DNA of 64,000 nt, taken from contig PHET01000001.1 of NCBI GenBank assembly GCA_002841275.1, positions 171,437-235,436 on the forward strand. The letters are read 5' to 3'. Position 1 is the stretch's first letter, and the number at the start of each line of letters is the position of its first letter. Source of the DNA: Actinobacteria bacterium HGW-Actinobacteria-7 (GTDB lineage: Bacteria; Actinomycetota; Coriobacteriia; Anaerosomatales; PHET01). This document shows, one piece after another, positions 9,271 through 18,783 of this stretch. Made by a program: the position numbers and the translations under genes. The notes under the pieces are model-generated. The model saw only the letters and a program-made list of their open reading frames with translations. It ran no database searches and was not told the DNA's origin.

Positions 9271-12200
9271 CTAGCGAGAGATGATTCTCACAGACCCGCT
9301 GCTCAGACGAACGATCTGGTAGAAGCTGATCTTCACTGTCCGAGCAGACGTCGTGCGCTTGTTCCCAGCGCCATCAGTGACCGAGAGCGTCCACTTGTAC
9401 GTGCCGGACCTCACCACATTGTCCGACTGCTTCCCTGTCCAGTAGATGTACTGGCTACCCGACCCCACAGTCTTGGTAACCGTTCGAACGACCTTCCCTG
9501 ACGAGTTCTTCAGAACCAGCCGTGCAGTGCCGGCTTCGGACGTCTTGAAATTGACCTTGAAGTTGTCTTTGTAGCCGTCTCTCTTGCGTGGATAGAAGGG
9601 ACTCGGGGCGCCCGAGACACTGGATATCGTGGGCGCTGTGCGATCCAGAACGAAGTCCCTTGATGCGACGGTCAGTTGTCCGCCCAGGTCGGTGGCGCGC
9701 ACCTCAAGCGTATGGGCGCCGCTCGGGATCTCAGTCCATTTCGGGGTGAGATTGGCGACGTAGTTGCCAGTGAGTGAGGTGGGAGTGACGGTTCCGACGC
9801 TTAGACCATCGACGCGGAAATTGACACTGGCGATCCCGCCACCATCGGTAGCGCGCGCGCTGAGGACCGAGTTCGCGCCGAGCTTCACTCCGGTCTTCGA
9901 AGGCGTGAGGATGGTGACAACGGGATTGTCTGAGTCCAGTCCGATCACTGCGGGATCCGACTTGCTGCTTTCGTTGCCCGCTTGGTCGACAGCGGTCACG
10001 TGGATTGTGTGTCTGCCCATCGGCAGGTCCTCGAGCGTCAGGGACATCGTTGCCCGCCCGAGTTGGTAGTCGATCTGTTCGCTACCGCTTTCCCACTTCG
10101 AGAGCGGGATCCCATCGATGTAGAGCACGTAATGGTCGGTACCGGACAACGAATCCCGCTCAGACCCGTCCCATCGAACCACGACCCTGTTCTGACTGAG
10201 CCACCCTGTTGACGGACTCATCGCCGTGTTGCTTGAGAAGACCTGGACGTTGTCGACCTTAACGGGTGGCGTAAGGTCGATTCCGTAGGCCACATCAACC
10301 TGGTCGCCGGCCTCACCGTCAGCGTTCCGGACAAGGGCGTGTATGTACCAGATGCCCTCCAACGGACTGCTCACCCTGCCGGGCAGAGTGAGGGCGCCGT
10401 CGAATGCAGCCGGATTGCTGCGATATACACCTAGCTGGTCAATCACTCCATTGAAGTGCGTCGTTCCCGTCTCCGGCTTGAATGATCCGTAGTAGCTGTT
10501 GGGGTCGGACGGGTCAATGGCCATCGACGGCGTGCGGTCCACCAGATAGAGCAGCTCGGTCGGACTCATCGGGCGCGTGCCCGAATACGCCTTGAAGACC
10601 GGGAAGACGTTGTTGAACCACTCCGTCTCGACAGTCACCGAGGTGTCTCCAGACCCACCTCCGGGAGGCGGAGGAATCACGGGCGGCAGGGTGGCATCCA
10701 CGTTGAATGCCCGAGACATGGTCTGCGTCGTTCCGGAGACGCTCCTCGCGGTCACGAGAAACGTGTGACTCCCGCCCGTGAGCGGCTGGTACATAGAGGG
10801 AGACATGCTGCGGTCACCGACGGTTGCGGGAGTGAAAGTCCTCACCGGCACTCCGTCAACCGAGAAGACCACATCGATTAGCCCGGCGGCGTCGGTGACC
10901 AACGCCCTGAGCGGAGTCGGGGTCGTAAGCGTCACACCAGGGCTTGCGGGCGAGTAGATACTGATCGCCGGCGTAGAGACCACCCGCACGGTTAGAGGAT
11001 CGGACTTCGTTCCCTCATTGCCCGCACGGTCGACCGCGGCAATCTCTACCGTGTGGGCGCCAGGGCTGAACGTCTCAAGTGTCAACGACTCCTCGGTGCG
11101 TCCTTCGTGATACCACGGAACACCGGCATCCCCAGACTCAGGATCCAGCAGCGTGGCACCGGGGGAGTCCTCACCCGGGACAACGCATGTGCCATCAACG
11201 TAGATCCGGTAGTAGGCGGTGCCTGATAGCGCATCTTGCTGTGCATTGTCCCAACGAAGTACTCCTCGGCTCTGGTCGATCCACCCACTCGCTGGCGTTG
11301 CAGACTCCTTGTTCGGGAAGATCTGGACGCCCGTGACCTTGGTGGGCTTGGTGACGTCCACCCCGTACTGGACGTCGTATGGTCCGACCTTGCTGCCGTC
11401 CTTGTCCCGGAAGAGTACGTGCCAGAACCAGATGCCTTCGACAGCATCGGTCGCACGACCGGGGAACAGGCCGAGCCCGCTCAGAGAGGGTCTCGCCGTG
11501 ACAAGTCCGCGCTGATCAATCAGCAGGCTAGCCTCGGTGCCCTGCCAGTTGCTCGAGCGGTCGTAGGTCGACGAGAAGTCGGGATTGATCTGACTCATGG
11601 CATTGCGGTCGACCGCATAGAGCAGCTCAACCTGTTGTTCTGGGTTGAAGCTGGGCGTCACAATGGTGAACTGAGGAAACACCGAGCTCCCCCACAGCTC
11701 GCGCCAGAATGTCACCGGGTCGTTCAAGACGTATGGGTTGGTCTTGGACGAACCGCTGAGTCCGCCCTCCAGCACGCTAGGCGGCCCAAAGTCCAAGGTA
11801 GAGATTCGAACCGAGGGATCCGCCGTGAACACCCGTGATACGACGACCGAGCCGCCTGACGTGCTGACAGCGGTCACTTCAAACGTATGTGAGCCGGCCG
11901 CCACAGGCGCAATAGCCATCGCGACGAGGCGCGTGGTATCCACTGAGGCGGGTGCGAACGTCTCGACTACGGAACCGTCAACGCGGAACGTGACCGACTC
12001 AATGCCCGCCGCATCCTGGATCAAGGCACTGACTTGAGCCGGAGCCGACATGACCGCACCAACCGCGTCGGGCGAGAGAATGGACACACGCGGCGTCTTG
12101 TCGATGACGAACGTCTTCTCCGCAAAGTTGGTACGCCCGCCGATATCATCAGCTTCGACACGCAGCGTGTGGCTAGTGCCATCTCCGTATGCCGACAAAT

Positions 12201-13308
12201 CGACTTTGGCCGAGAAGGGGTCAGCAACCTGAGTCGCGCGCAAGATCCCATCCACGTAGAAACGGACCTGATCGACGCCACCACGGTCCGTTACATCCGC
12301 CGCGAAGACAGGGCGTGCGCCCATGGGCTGACCGTCGACCCTTGGGTTTGTGATACTTATCTGAGGGATATCTGGATCGACGCGTACGGTGATGGAGTCG
12401 GAGAGAGGCCCCTCGTTTGTGGCACGGTCAACAGCGCGAACCTGCAGTGTGTGCGTGCCAGCGGGCAAGTCCTCAATCGTCAGGCCACGGCGCGTTGCCA
12501 TATCGAAACCATAGCTGAGGTCGTAGTGCTCCTGGAGGTCATATACGCGGCGCGTGGCCGTGGAGCCGGGTGCATTGGGATAGGGCTCCCCATCCAGGAA
12601 CACCTCAAAATACCCCGTTCCCGAAAGCGAGTCATAGCGCTTGTCCTCCCAATCCAAGAACACCCTTGACTGAGTAAGGACTCCGCTTACGAGCGGCCCG
12701 CCGAATCCGTTGCGAGCAGTAAGATTGGTGACCTTCAACGGCGGCGTCATGTCGAGTCCCATCAGGAACCCCGAACTCCATGCGGTACTCACTCCAGGGG
12801 CGTAGAACTGGAACTTCACCGTGAACGGGCCTTCGTAAGTCCTGGAGAGCACTCTGTCGACCGGAGGCGTCCATCCGGGAACATTAAGAGGCCCCGGGTA
12901 GGCGACCTCTCCGGGAACGTCGATTGCAAGTGGCCATTCGGTCTTGCCTACAAGAATCGCATTGTAGCTGCTAGGCCAGTCTGCCACCGTGAGCGTCGTG
13001 AAGACCGACTCGGGGCGGGTGATTGCATAGAATGCGCCTAGAATCGCCGGTTCGAACAGCTTGGCATCCGGCTGAGGTACAGGGATGAAGAACTTCGGAA
13101 GCGGATCGTTCCCCCACCCCTCGCGCCATGCGACGTCGTAGTCCGAGATGTCCCCCGGGTTGGTCGAACTCGAGATGTTGGTTCCGGGAGCTTCGTAGAT
13201 CGTTGCCCACGCCGTTTGTGTGGCCGCGAATGCAATCATCACCGTCACAAGAACGGCCAATACTCCTACGAGGCGTGCTACGGGAAACCTACGACTACTG
13301 CCACGCAT
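9271..13308 (-). CDS. large secreted cell-surface protein with three tandem ~370-450-aa modules; Ig-like/fibronectin-like repeats and a FlgD-Ig-like C-terminal domain
   Basis: About 1,345 aa from the internal Met (MRGSSRRF...), with an N-terminal signal/TM (LVGVLAVLVTVMIAFAATQTAWA). Three homologous modules share motifs such as WxxxWG..FP.F, LSGTxYYxxYxDG, AVDxAGNEG and xRVDGxxVxTF. The C-terminal about 110 aa (FYPRKRDGYKDNFKVNFK...) resembles a FlgD-Ig-like beta-sandwich. Confidence 0.7.
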   Translation of the reverse strand: MRGSSRRFPVARLVGVLAVLVTVMIAFAATQTAWATIYEAPGTNISSSTNPGDISDYDVAWREGWGNDPLPKFFIPVPQPDAKLFEPAILGAFYAITRPESVFTTLTVADWPSSYNAILVGKTEWPLAIDVPGEVAYPGPLNVPGWTPPVDRVLSRTYEGPFTVKFQFYAPGVSTAWSSGFLMGLDMTPPLKVTNLTARNGFGGPLVSGVLTQSRVFLDWEDKRYDSLSGTGYFEVFLDGEPYPNAPGSTATRRVYDLQEHYDLSYGFDMATRRGLTIEDLPAGTHTLQVRAVDRATNEGPLSDSITVRVDPDIPQISITNPRVDGQPMGARPVFAADVTDRGGVDQVRFYVDGILRATQVADPFSAKVDLSAYGDGTSHTLRVEADDIGGRTNFAEKTFVIDKTPRVSILSPDAVGAVMSAPAQVSALIQDAAGIESVTFRVDGSVVETFAPASVDTTRLVAMAIAPVAAGSHTFEVTAVSTSGGSVVVSRVFTADPSVRISTLDFGPPSVLEGGLSGSSKTNPYVLNDPVTFWRELWGSSVFPQFTIVTPSFNPEQQVELLYAVDRNAMSQINPDFSSTYDRSSNWQGTEASLLIDQRGLVTARPSLSGLGLFPGRATDAVEGIWFWHVLFRDKDGSKVGPYDVQYGVDVTKPTKVTGVQIFPNKESATPASGWIDQSRGVLRWDNAQQDALSGTAYYRIYVDGTCVVPGEDSPGATLLDPESGDAGVPWYHEGRTEESLTLETFSPGAHTVEIAAVDRAGNEGTKSDPLTVRVVSTPAISIYSPASPGVTLTTPTPLRALVTDAAGLIDVVFSVDGVPVRTFTPATVGDRSMSPSMYQPLTGGSHTFLVTARSVSGTTQTMSRAFNVDATLPPVIPPPPGGGSGDTSVTVETEWFNNVFPVFKAYSGTRPMSPTELLYLVDRTPSMAIDPSDPNSYYGSFKPETGTTHFNGVIDQLGVYRSNPAAFDGALTLPGRVSSPLEGIWYIHALVRNADGEAGDQVDVAYGIDLTPPVKVDNVQVFSSNTAMSPSTGWLSQNRVVVRWDGSERDSLSGTDHYVLYIDGIPLSKWESGSEQIDYQLGRATMSLTLEDLPMGRHTIHVTAVDQAGNESSKSDPAVIGLDSDNPVVTILTPSKTGVKLGANSVLSARATDGGGIASVNFRVDGLSVGTVTPTSLTGNYVANLTPKWTEIPSGAHTLEVRATDLGGQLTVASRDFVLDRTAPTISSVSGAPSPFYPRKRDGYKDNFKVNFKTSEAGTARLVLKNSSGKVVRTVTKTVGSGSQYIYWTGKQSDNVVRSGTYKWTLSVTDGAGNKRTTSARTVKISFYQIVRLSSGSVRIISR

Positions 13309-13392
13309 GGCGTACCCCCTGAGACTACGGGCGGACAATCCTACGAGACAGTGTATCGGCAAAACGATGAGGGTGCATGACCCTTGGCGCGA

Positions 13393-15369
13393 CTAGATCC
13401 GTGATCGAACGACGCGCCCCAGTTCGGCTCCGTCCAAGGCAGACAGCCGGACGTATTCACCGCCGGCCATCCTCGCTATCTCTCGCGCAGCAGTGCCACC
13501 CGTTGGGCCAGACGCCGTGTCAATCACAATGGTGTGAACGTTGGCCATTCGCACGCGCGTCGCGGCGATTCTGGCATCCTCGCTGCCCGACCCTCCGTCG
13601 AGTCCCACGTTGCCCCGCCCATCCGTGACCAGCACCAGCCACGCGACGGTGTCCGGTTGGCGCCTCAGCTCGCTTTGAAGGATATCGAGCGAGGATACGA
13701 TGCCCGCGGCAAGCGGCGTCGCACCACCCGTGGGTAGATTGCGCAGCCGCACATTGGCCAACTCCACGCTCGCAGTGGGAGCAAGCACCACCTCGGCCTT
13801 GTTCCCCCGAAATGACACGAGTGCGACTCTATCTCGCTTCTGATACGCATCGACCAGGAGGTCAAGTACCGCCGCCTTGGCGGCGTCGATGCGTTTGTCC
13901 GATCCCATAGACCCGCTCGCGTCGACACAGAAGACAATCGAAGCGCCGACCTTGCGAGTGCGCACTTTGGTTCGCAGATCCTCGGGCTGCACGCTCAACG
14001 CCATATCGCCGAGCGTCTTGGAATCCGAGGCGCGAGACGCTGCGGCTCGGATCGTCGCATCGAACGCGACGTCGGCCATCGTCACATCACCCTTTGGGAC
14101 CTCAGACCGAGAATAGCGGCCTCTTCCGTCGTCGGACACCGACGTCTGCCGGCGTCCCGCGATGGAGCGACGCGTGCGGTCGAGATCTGATTCAACGTTG
14201 ATGCAGACATCCGCAGGGTCCTCGGAAGAGGACGAGGCACTCCCGAGGGACTCGAAGATCGACGCTTGCCCCAGGCCGGGTCCCGCCGCCGTCGAGCCTT
14301 CCTGTTCTTGCGAGCGCCCGGCGCCACTTGAAAGCGCATCCATGAGCGCTGTACGCAGCGTGTCCGTGTCGCTTCTGACTTCGGAAAAGGGAGTCCTGCG
14401 TAGCCTGTGCGCGAGCACCAGTGGAGCGACCCTTTCCACGTCGGACAGGGTCGCCTCGGGGCGGTTCTCAAGTGCCGCAAGCGCCGCCGCGGCCCGTGCC
14501 ATCACACTGTCAGCACGATGACCGTCGACCGCCGCTCGAATGGACAGATCGGCGATCGCGTAGAGGATTCCTTCGCCGAGGCGCACGCCCGGCAAACGTA
14601 GACGGGCGTCACGTATGCGGTTCTTGAGTTCATCCTCGGCATCGGCCCACTGGCGGGCAAAGGCCGACGGATCCTCCTCGAATGCGTGCCTGCGCAATAC
14701 GATCTCAACGCGCGCCTCGGGCTCCCGCATGGCCTCGACGCCGACACACAATCCGAACCGATCCAGCAGCTGGGGACGGATATCCCCTTCTTCAGGGTTC
14801 ATGGTTCCGACAAGGATGAACCGTGCCGGATGAGCGAGAGAGACGCCCTCGCGCTCAACCACATTCACGCCCATCGCAGCAGCATCCAGGAGAGTATCGA
14901 CCAGGTGATCATCGAGCAGGTTCACTTCATCGACGTAGAGGATGCCCCTGTTGGCGGCGGCGAGGAGCCCGGGATGAAACGACCGTTCGCCTTCTCGGAT
15001 GGCGGCTTGGAAATCGAGCGTGCCTACCAGGCGGTCCTCGGTTGCAGACACCGGCAGATCGACCATACGAGGCACCGCCCGGATCTTGGGCAACGGCCCC
15101 TCGTCGCGACGATCTCGGCAGTCATCGCACCACTGCGCCGGATCGCCCGGATCGCACCCGTACTGGCATCCCTCCACCACATCCATCTGGGGAAGCACAG
15201 CGAGAAGCGCGCGCACAGCCGTGGATTTCGCGGTCCCCTTCTCGCCCCTGATGAGCACGCCGCCTACGCGAGGGTCGACAGCATTGAGCAAAAGGGAGAG
15301 CTTGAGTGTCTCCTGCCCGACGATGGCGGAGAACGGGAACTTCTGTGGGAGTCTTCGTACTACTTCCAT
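13393..15369 (-). CDS. ChlI/ChlD-type chelatase-like fusion: AAA+ ATPase (BchI/ChlI-like) plus a C-terminal von Willebrand A domain
   Basis: N-terminal ChlI motifs (FPFSAIVGQETLKLSLLLNAVDP, GEKGTAKST, DEVNLL) with the Cys-rich ChlI insertion (CQYGCDPGDPAQWCDDC). An acidic Gly/Ser linker follows. The C-terminal VWA has a MIDAS motif (DASGSMG). The start was set at the internal Met so as to abut the upstream gene. Confidence 0.8.
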   Translation of the reverse strand: MEVVRRLPQKFPFSAIVGQETLKLSLLLNAVDPRVGGVLIRGEKGTAKSTAVRALLAVLPQMDVVEGCQYGCDPGDPAQWCDDCRDRRDEGPLPKIRAVPRMVDLPVSATEDRLVGTLDFQAAIREGERSFHPGLLAAANRGILYVDEVNLLDDHLVDTLLDAAAMGVNVVEREGVSLAHPARFILVGTMNPEEGDIRPQLLDRFGLCVGVEAMREPEARVEIVLRRHAFEEDPSAFARQWADAEDELKNRIRDARLRLPGVRLGEGILYAIADLSIRAAVDGHRADSVMARAAAALAALENRPEATLSDVERVAPLVLAHRLRRTPFSEVRSDTDTLRTALMDALSSGAGRSQEQEGSTAAGPGLGQASIFESLGSASSSSEDPADVCINVESDLDRTRRSIAGRRQTSVSDDGRGRYSRSEVPKGDVTMADVAFDATIRAAASRASDSKTLGDMALSVQPEDLRTKVRTRKVGASIVFCVDASGSMGSDKRIDAAKAAVLDLLVDAYQKRDRVALVSFRGNKAEVVLAPTASVELANVRLRNLPTGGATPLAAGIVSSLDILQSELRRQPDTVAWLVLVTDGRGNVGLDGGSGSEDARIAATRVRMANVHTIVIDTASGPTGGTAAREIARMAGGEYVRLSALDGAELGRVVRSRI

Positions 15370-16472
15370 TGAAACGAACCGCACGTACGTGGATCGCTTC
15401 CTTCCTTGTGGGGGCACGTCTCCACGTAGACACAGTCATTGCAGGTCATCTCGGTCAGGTCCGCAGGGCTGCCCTCATAGCCGGGAGCATCTGCCGCTGC
15501 CGTCGTTTCCAGATCCAGAATGAAGTCGGAGATTCCACTCGCATCGGCCGAGCCATCTCCACTGGCGGAAGGCTCGGACATCGGCTCGGCAACGCCCATA
15601 GGTTCGGAGATCTGTGCCATAGGACTGGCGTCGCTCGGCGGCTCGTTGTCTTGCGGTTCCGCATACGAGCCCATTATCACCGGACGTGCAGACGACATTG
15701 TCTCGTCGTCGCCGGGCGCTCGGACCAGACTGACCTCGTCGGTGCCCGGCTCTTCCAGCACGTTGAGCTCGAACGCAGGTGCTGCCTCAGCATCAGCTGC
15801 CGCTACGTCCCACGGCCAGGCAGCCGCCTCATCCGTCGGAGCCGACTCTTCGGCAGACTCAGACGAAGGCTCCTCAGCGGGATCCACGTACGGCTCCTCA
15901 GGACCAATCGATTCAGGGGCCACGATGCCCTCAGACTCCATCTTGAACGCGGTCTTGAGCAGGGCGTCTCTGAGCGACACCTCTTCTTCTGGCGCAGGAA
16001 TCGACTCTTCGACCGCGGCGGCCCATGTTGCATCGACCTCGATCACAGGGCCCGGTTCGAAATCGATACCCGACTCGACGACGGGTTCCGGGGCGACTTC
16101 TGTCTCCAGAATGGCGGTATCTTCGGCCTCGACCTCTTCGGCCAGCGGCGCTTCAAACACAGCCGCATCCTGGGCCTCTGTCGCAAAGCTGTCCGCGCCG
16201 GACTCATCGACCACATCGTCGACGTCGGCCGTAATCGATGGTTCTTCGACATATGCCTCAGCGACAGGTGCCGCTGGGGCCGGTCGCATGAGCAGCACCG
16301 CCGCACCGCTCCCCAACTCGAATACCATCACGTCGTCGTCCCACGCGGAGAAGTCCGGATCGCTCGTCATACGGGACAGTTCGGCCAGGGCATCGGACCG
16401 CGTCTCGAACACCGCCTCAGACAGCAGCGTCAGACGGTCATCGGCACTCTTGCCCAGCAAGAAGAACGGCAT
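15360..16472 (-). CDS. hypothetical acidic protein with a C-terminal Cys4 zinc-ribbon-like motif
   Basis: 370 aa. It has a structured-looking N-terminus (MPFFLLGKSADDRLTLLSEAVFETRSDALAELSRM...), a long Asp/Glu/Ala/Pro-rich low-complexity middle and a C-terminal CNDCVYVETCPHK...CGSF. A 4-nt gap to the chelatase-like gene suggests translational coupling. Strand choice is partly ambiguous because of low complexity. Confidence 0.5.
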   Translation of the reverse strand: MPFFLLGKSADDRLTLLSEAVFETRSDALAELSRMTSDPDFSAWDDDVMVFELGSGAAVLLMRPAPAAPVAEAYVEEPSITADVDDVVDESGADSFATEAQDAAVFEAPLAEEVEAEDTAILETEVAPEPVVESGIDFEPGPVIEVDATWAAAVEESIPAPEEEVSLRDALLKTAFKMESEGIVAPESIGPEEPYVDPAEEPSSESAEESAPTDEAAAWPWDVAAADAEAAPAFELNVLEEPGTDEVSLVRAPGDDETMSSARPVIMGSYAEPQDNEPPSDASPMAQISEPMGVAEPMSEPSASGDGSADASGISDFILDLETTAAADAPGYEGSPADLTEMTCNDCVYVETCPHKEGSDPRTCGSFQWK

Positions 16473-16586
16473 CGCTTTCTACCTCACAAGTCGTGGCGGC
16501 GCACCTTGAGCGGAAGCTTGCGCAGTGCTGCTCCATCGTAGAGCCGCACCCGGTTCTGGGCAACAGCTCCGCTGCGCAAACCGGTT

Positions 16587-17456
16587 CTACTGTGACTCAG
16601 CGCACGCCTCGCGAAGCGCTATGAGCCTCAACACGTTGACCGCGTCCTTCTCGGGCACCTCACCGGGCATCTCGGTGACCACTGAGACACCCGCCAGTTC
16701 CGGTACGCAGACCATGGCTTCAAAGCCAGCCAGCCCGATGAACCCGTCTCCGATCCACTCGTGACGGTCCTTCTTCTCGCCAGCACCGAACTTGCAGTCG
16801 TTGGCGTGTATCAGACCCAGCCGCTCTACGCCGATTGTCTCACCGATCTCCGCGACCAGCTCGGCCCACCCTTGCGCCGTGTCCACCCTGTAGCCATACG
16901 CGAACGCATGACAGGTGTCCAGGCAGACGCCAAGCCGCTCAGAGGGCAGATCCGTCGCCCGAATACACAATGCGATCTCCGAGAAGGTCGATCCAACCGT
17001 CGAGCCCGCGCCCGCCGTGTTCTCCAGCAGCAGCCGCGTGTGACACCCGTCGCCACCTGCTCGTTCGGACGCCTCGATGATCGCTGATCCGATGCGTTTC
17101 GACGCCGCGGCGGGATCACCCGCGGCGTCCGCTCCGATATGACTGACGACTCCAGCGGCTCCCAGCACCGACCCGCGCACCAGTTCATCGGCCAGCGCCG
17201 CAATCGACTTCTCCCGCATCTCAGGATCGATCGCAGCAAGATTGATGAGATACGAAGTGTGCGTGTAGAGCGGCCCGAAGCCGCGCGCCGCGCGCTCGGC
17301 GGCGAACTCCCGGGCCGCCTCGGGATCAATCGAACCCCCACGCCACTGCCGCGGGCTCTTGGCAAAGACCTGCGCGCACTCGCATCCCACGCTCTGGGCG
17401 TAGTCGAGCGCCTTGATGTAGCCACTGGAGACCGAGACATGAGCGCCTATGAGCAT
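16587..17456 (-). CDS. nfo: endonuclease IV (AP endonuclease family 2)
   Basis: TIM-barrel Nfo motifs are present (MLIGAHVS..., LLENTAG, CLDTCHAFAYG, HANDCK). The start was set at the internal Met. Confidence 0.85.
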   Translation of the reverse strand: MLIGAHVSVSSGYIKALDYAQSVGCECAQVFAKSPRQWRGGSIDPEAAREFAAERAARGFGPLYTHTSYLINLAAIDPEMREKSIAALADELVRGSVLGAAGVVSHIGADAAGDPAAASKRIGSAIIEASERAGGDGCHTRLLLENTAGAGSTVGSTFSEIALCIRATDLPSERLGVCLDTCHAFAYGYRVDTAQGWAELVAEIGETIGVERLGLIHANDCKFGAGEKKDRHEWIGDGFIGLAGFEAMVCVPELAGVSVVTEMPGEVPEKDAVNVLRLIALREACAESQ

Positions 17457-17535
17457 GTGAGTCCCTTTGCTGTCGTCCACACCGCTTATGGCGGTACGCC
17501 CCCATTCTACCCGGCTCGCGCGCTACACTCGGCAC

Positions 17536-18783
17536 ATGAGCGCCGACCCCACACACGCATGCGAAAACGAGCCGTGGCAGGGCCGCGCGATTCTCCACGT
17601 CGATCTCGACGCCTTCTTCGCGGCTGTCGAGCAGCTCGATAATCCGGAGTACCGAAACAAGCCAGTGATCGTGGGCGGCGATCCGACGCGGCGCGGCGTC
17701 GTCTCGACCTGCAGCTACGAGGCCCGTGCGTACGGCGTACGTTCCGCGATGGCCTCGGCGCGAGCTGCGCAGCTCTGTCCGCACGCGATCTGGGCCACAC
17801 CCCATTTCGATCGCTACCACGAGATCTCTCAGGCGGTCCTAGCGATATTCCGAGAACAGACTCCGCTGGTCCAACCGGTCTCAATCGACGAGGCATTTCT
17901 CGATGTGACACCGGGGCGGTTTGGCGAAGAACACCCTGTCACCGTCGCGCGACGTATCAGGGCCCGCATCGCGGAGCTGGGTGTGACCGCATCGGTGGGC
18001 ATCGCGAGTTCCAAGACCGTCGCCAAGATCGCGTCTGACTTCGACAAGCCCGACGGACTGACCATCGTCTGCCCCGGCGACGAACGTGCCTTCCTCGCCC
18101 CACTCCCCGTCCGCGACATGAGCGGCATCGGTCCCAAGACAGCCGAACGTCTGCACGCTCTCGGCATACGAACGCTTGGGGATCTTGCAGCCCTCGACGA
18201 CGCCACCGCGCGAGAAGTTCTGGGGTCACATGGTCCCGGGCTCGCACTGCGTGCGCGCGGCACCGACGAGAGGGATGTCCGCGACAACGACCCGGTGAAG
18301 TCCGTCTCAAACGAGCGGACCTTCTCGGTCGATGTCCGTCAGCCCTCAGAGATAGACGTCGCGTTGGACCGCTTGACGGAGAAGGTTGGCCAACGTCTTC
18401 GCCGCAAGGCGCTGGCGGGCAGGACCGTCACGGTGAAGCTGCGCTTCTCGGACCTCTCCTACCGGACGGTGCGCAAGTCCTTGGCTGCTGCGACCAATGA
18501 CGAGCACGTCTTCGGCCCTGTGGCCCGGCAGCTGGTGCGTGAGGCGTGGACTCCGGGTGTGGGGCTGCGACTCCTTGGCGTGGGCGTCTCCGGCTTCCAG
18601 GAACGGGCCGAGCAGCTCGATCTTCTAGGCGAGCTCGATGGCGCGCCGGCACAACCCTCAGCCGGCCGAGAAGACCTGGTGCGCGGCATCGATGCCGTTC
18701 GCGAGAAGTTCGGCGACGGAGCGTTGAAGTTCGGGCGCGAGCTCAAGGTCCCGCCTGACACCGGCACGCCGCGACGGGACTAG
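17536..18783 (+). CDS. dinB: DNA polymerase IV (Y-family)
   Basis: Motifs ILHVDLDAFFAAVE, SIDEAFLDVT and ASVGIASSKTVAKIAS are present. The start was set at MSADPTH..., giving about 415 aa. Confidence 0.9.
   Translation: MSADPTHACENEPWQGRAILHVDLDAFFAAVEQLDNPEYRNKPVIVGGDPTRRGVVSTCSYEARAYGVRSAMASARAAQLCPHAIWATPHFDRYHEISQAVLAIFREQTPLVQPVSIDEAFLDVTPGRFGEEHPVTVARRIRARIAELGVTASVGIASSKTVAKIASDFDKPDGLTIVCPGDERAFLAPLPVRDMSGIGPKTAERLHALGIRTLGDLAALDDATAREVLGSHGPGLALRARGTDERDVRDNDPVKSVSNERTFSVDVRQPSEIDVALDRLTEKVGQRLRRKALAGRTVTVKLRFSDLSYRTVRKSLAAATNDEHVFGPVARQLVREAWTPGVGLRLLGVGVSGFQERAEQLDLLGELDGAPAQPSAGREDLVRGIDAVREKFGDGALKFGRELKVPPDTGTPRRD

Noticed and set aside
15306-16541. 411-aa and 329-aa plus-strand Ser/Arg-rich ORFs
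   Set aside because: They are antisense to the acidic Cys4 protein gene. They are low-complexity, have no RBS, and overlap the chelatase start. They are kept only as an ambiguity note.
17457-17535. LexA box upstream of dinB and nfo
   Set aside because: There is no CGAAC-N4-GTTCG-like palindrome in the 79-nt divergent intergenic region. Only the dnaE2 operon has a recognisable box.
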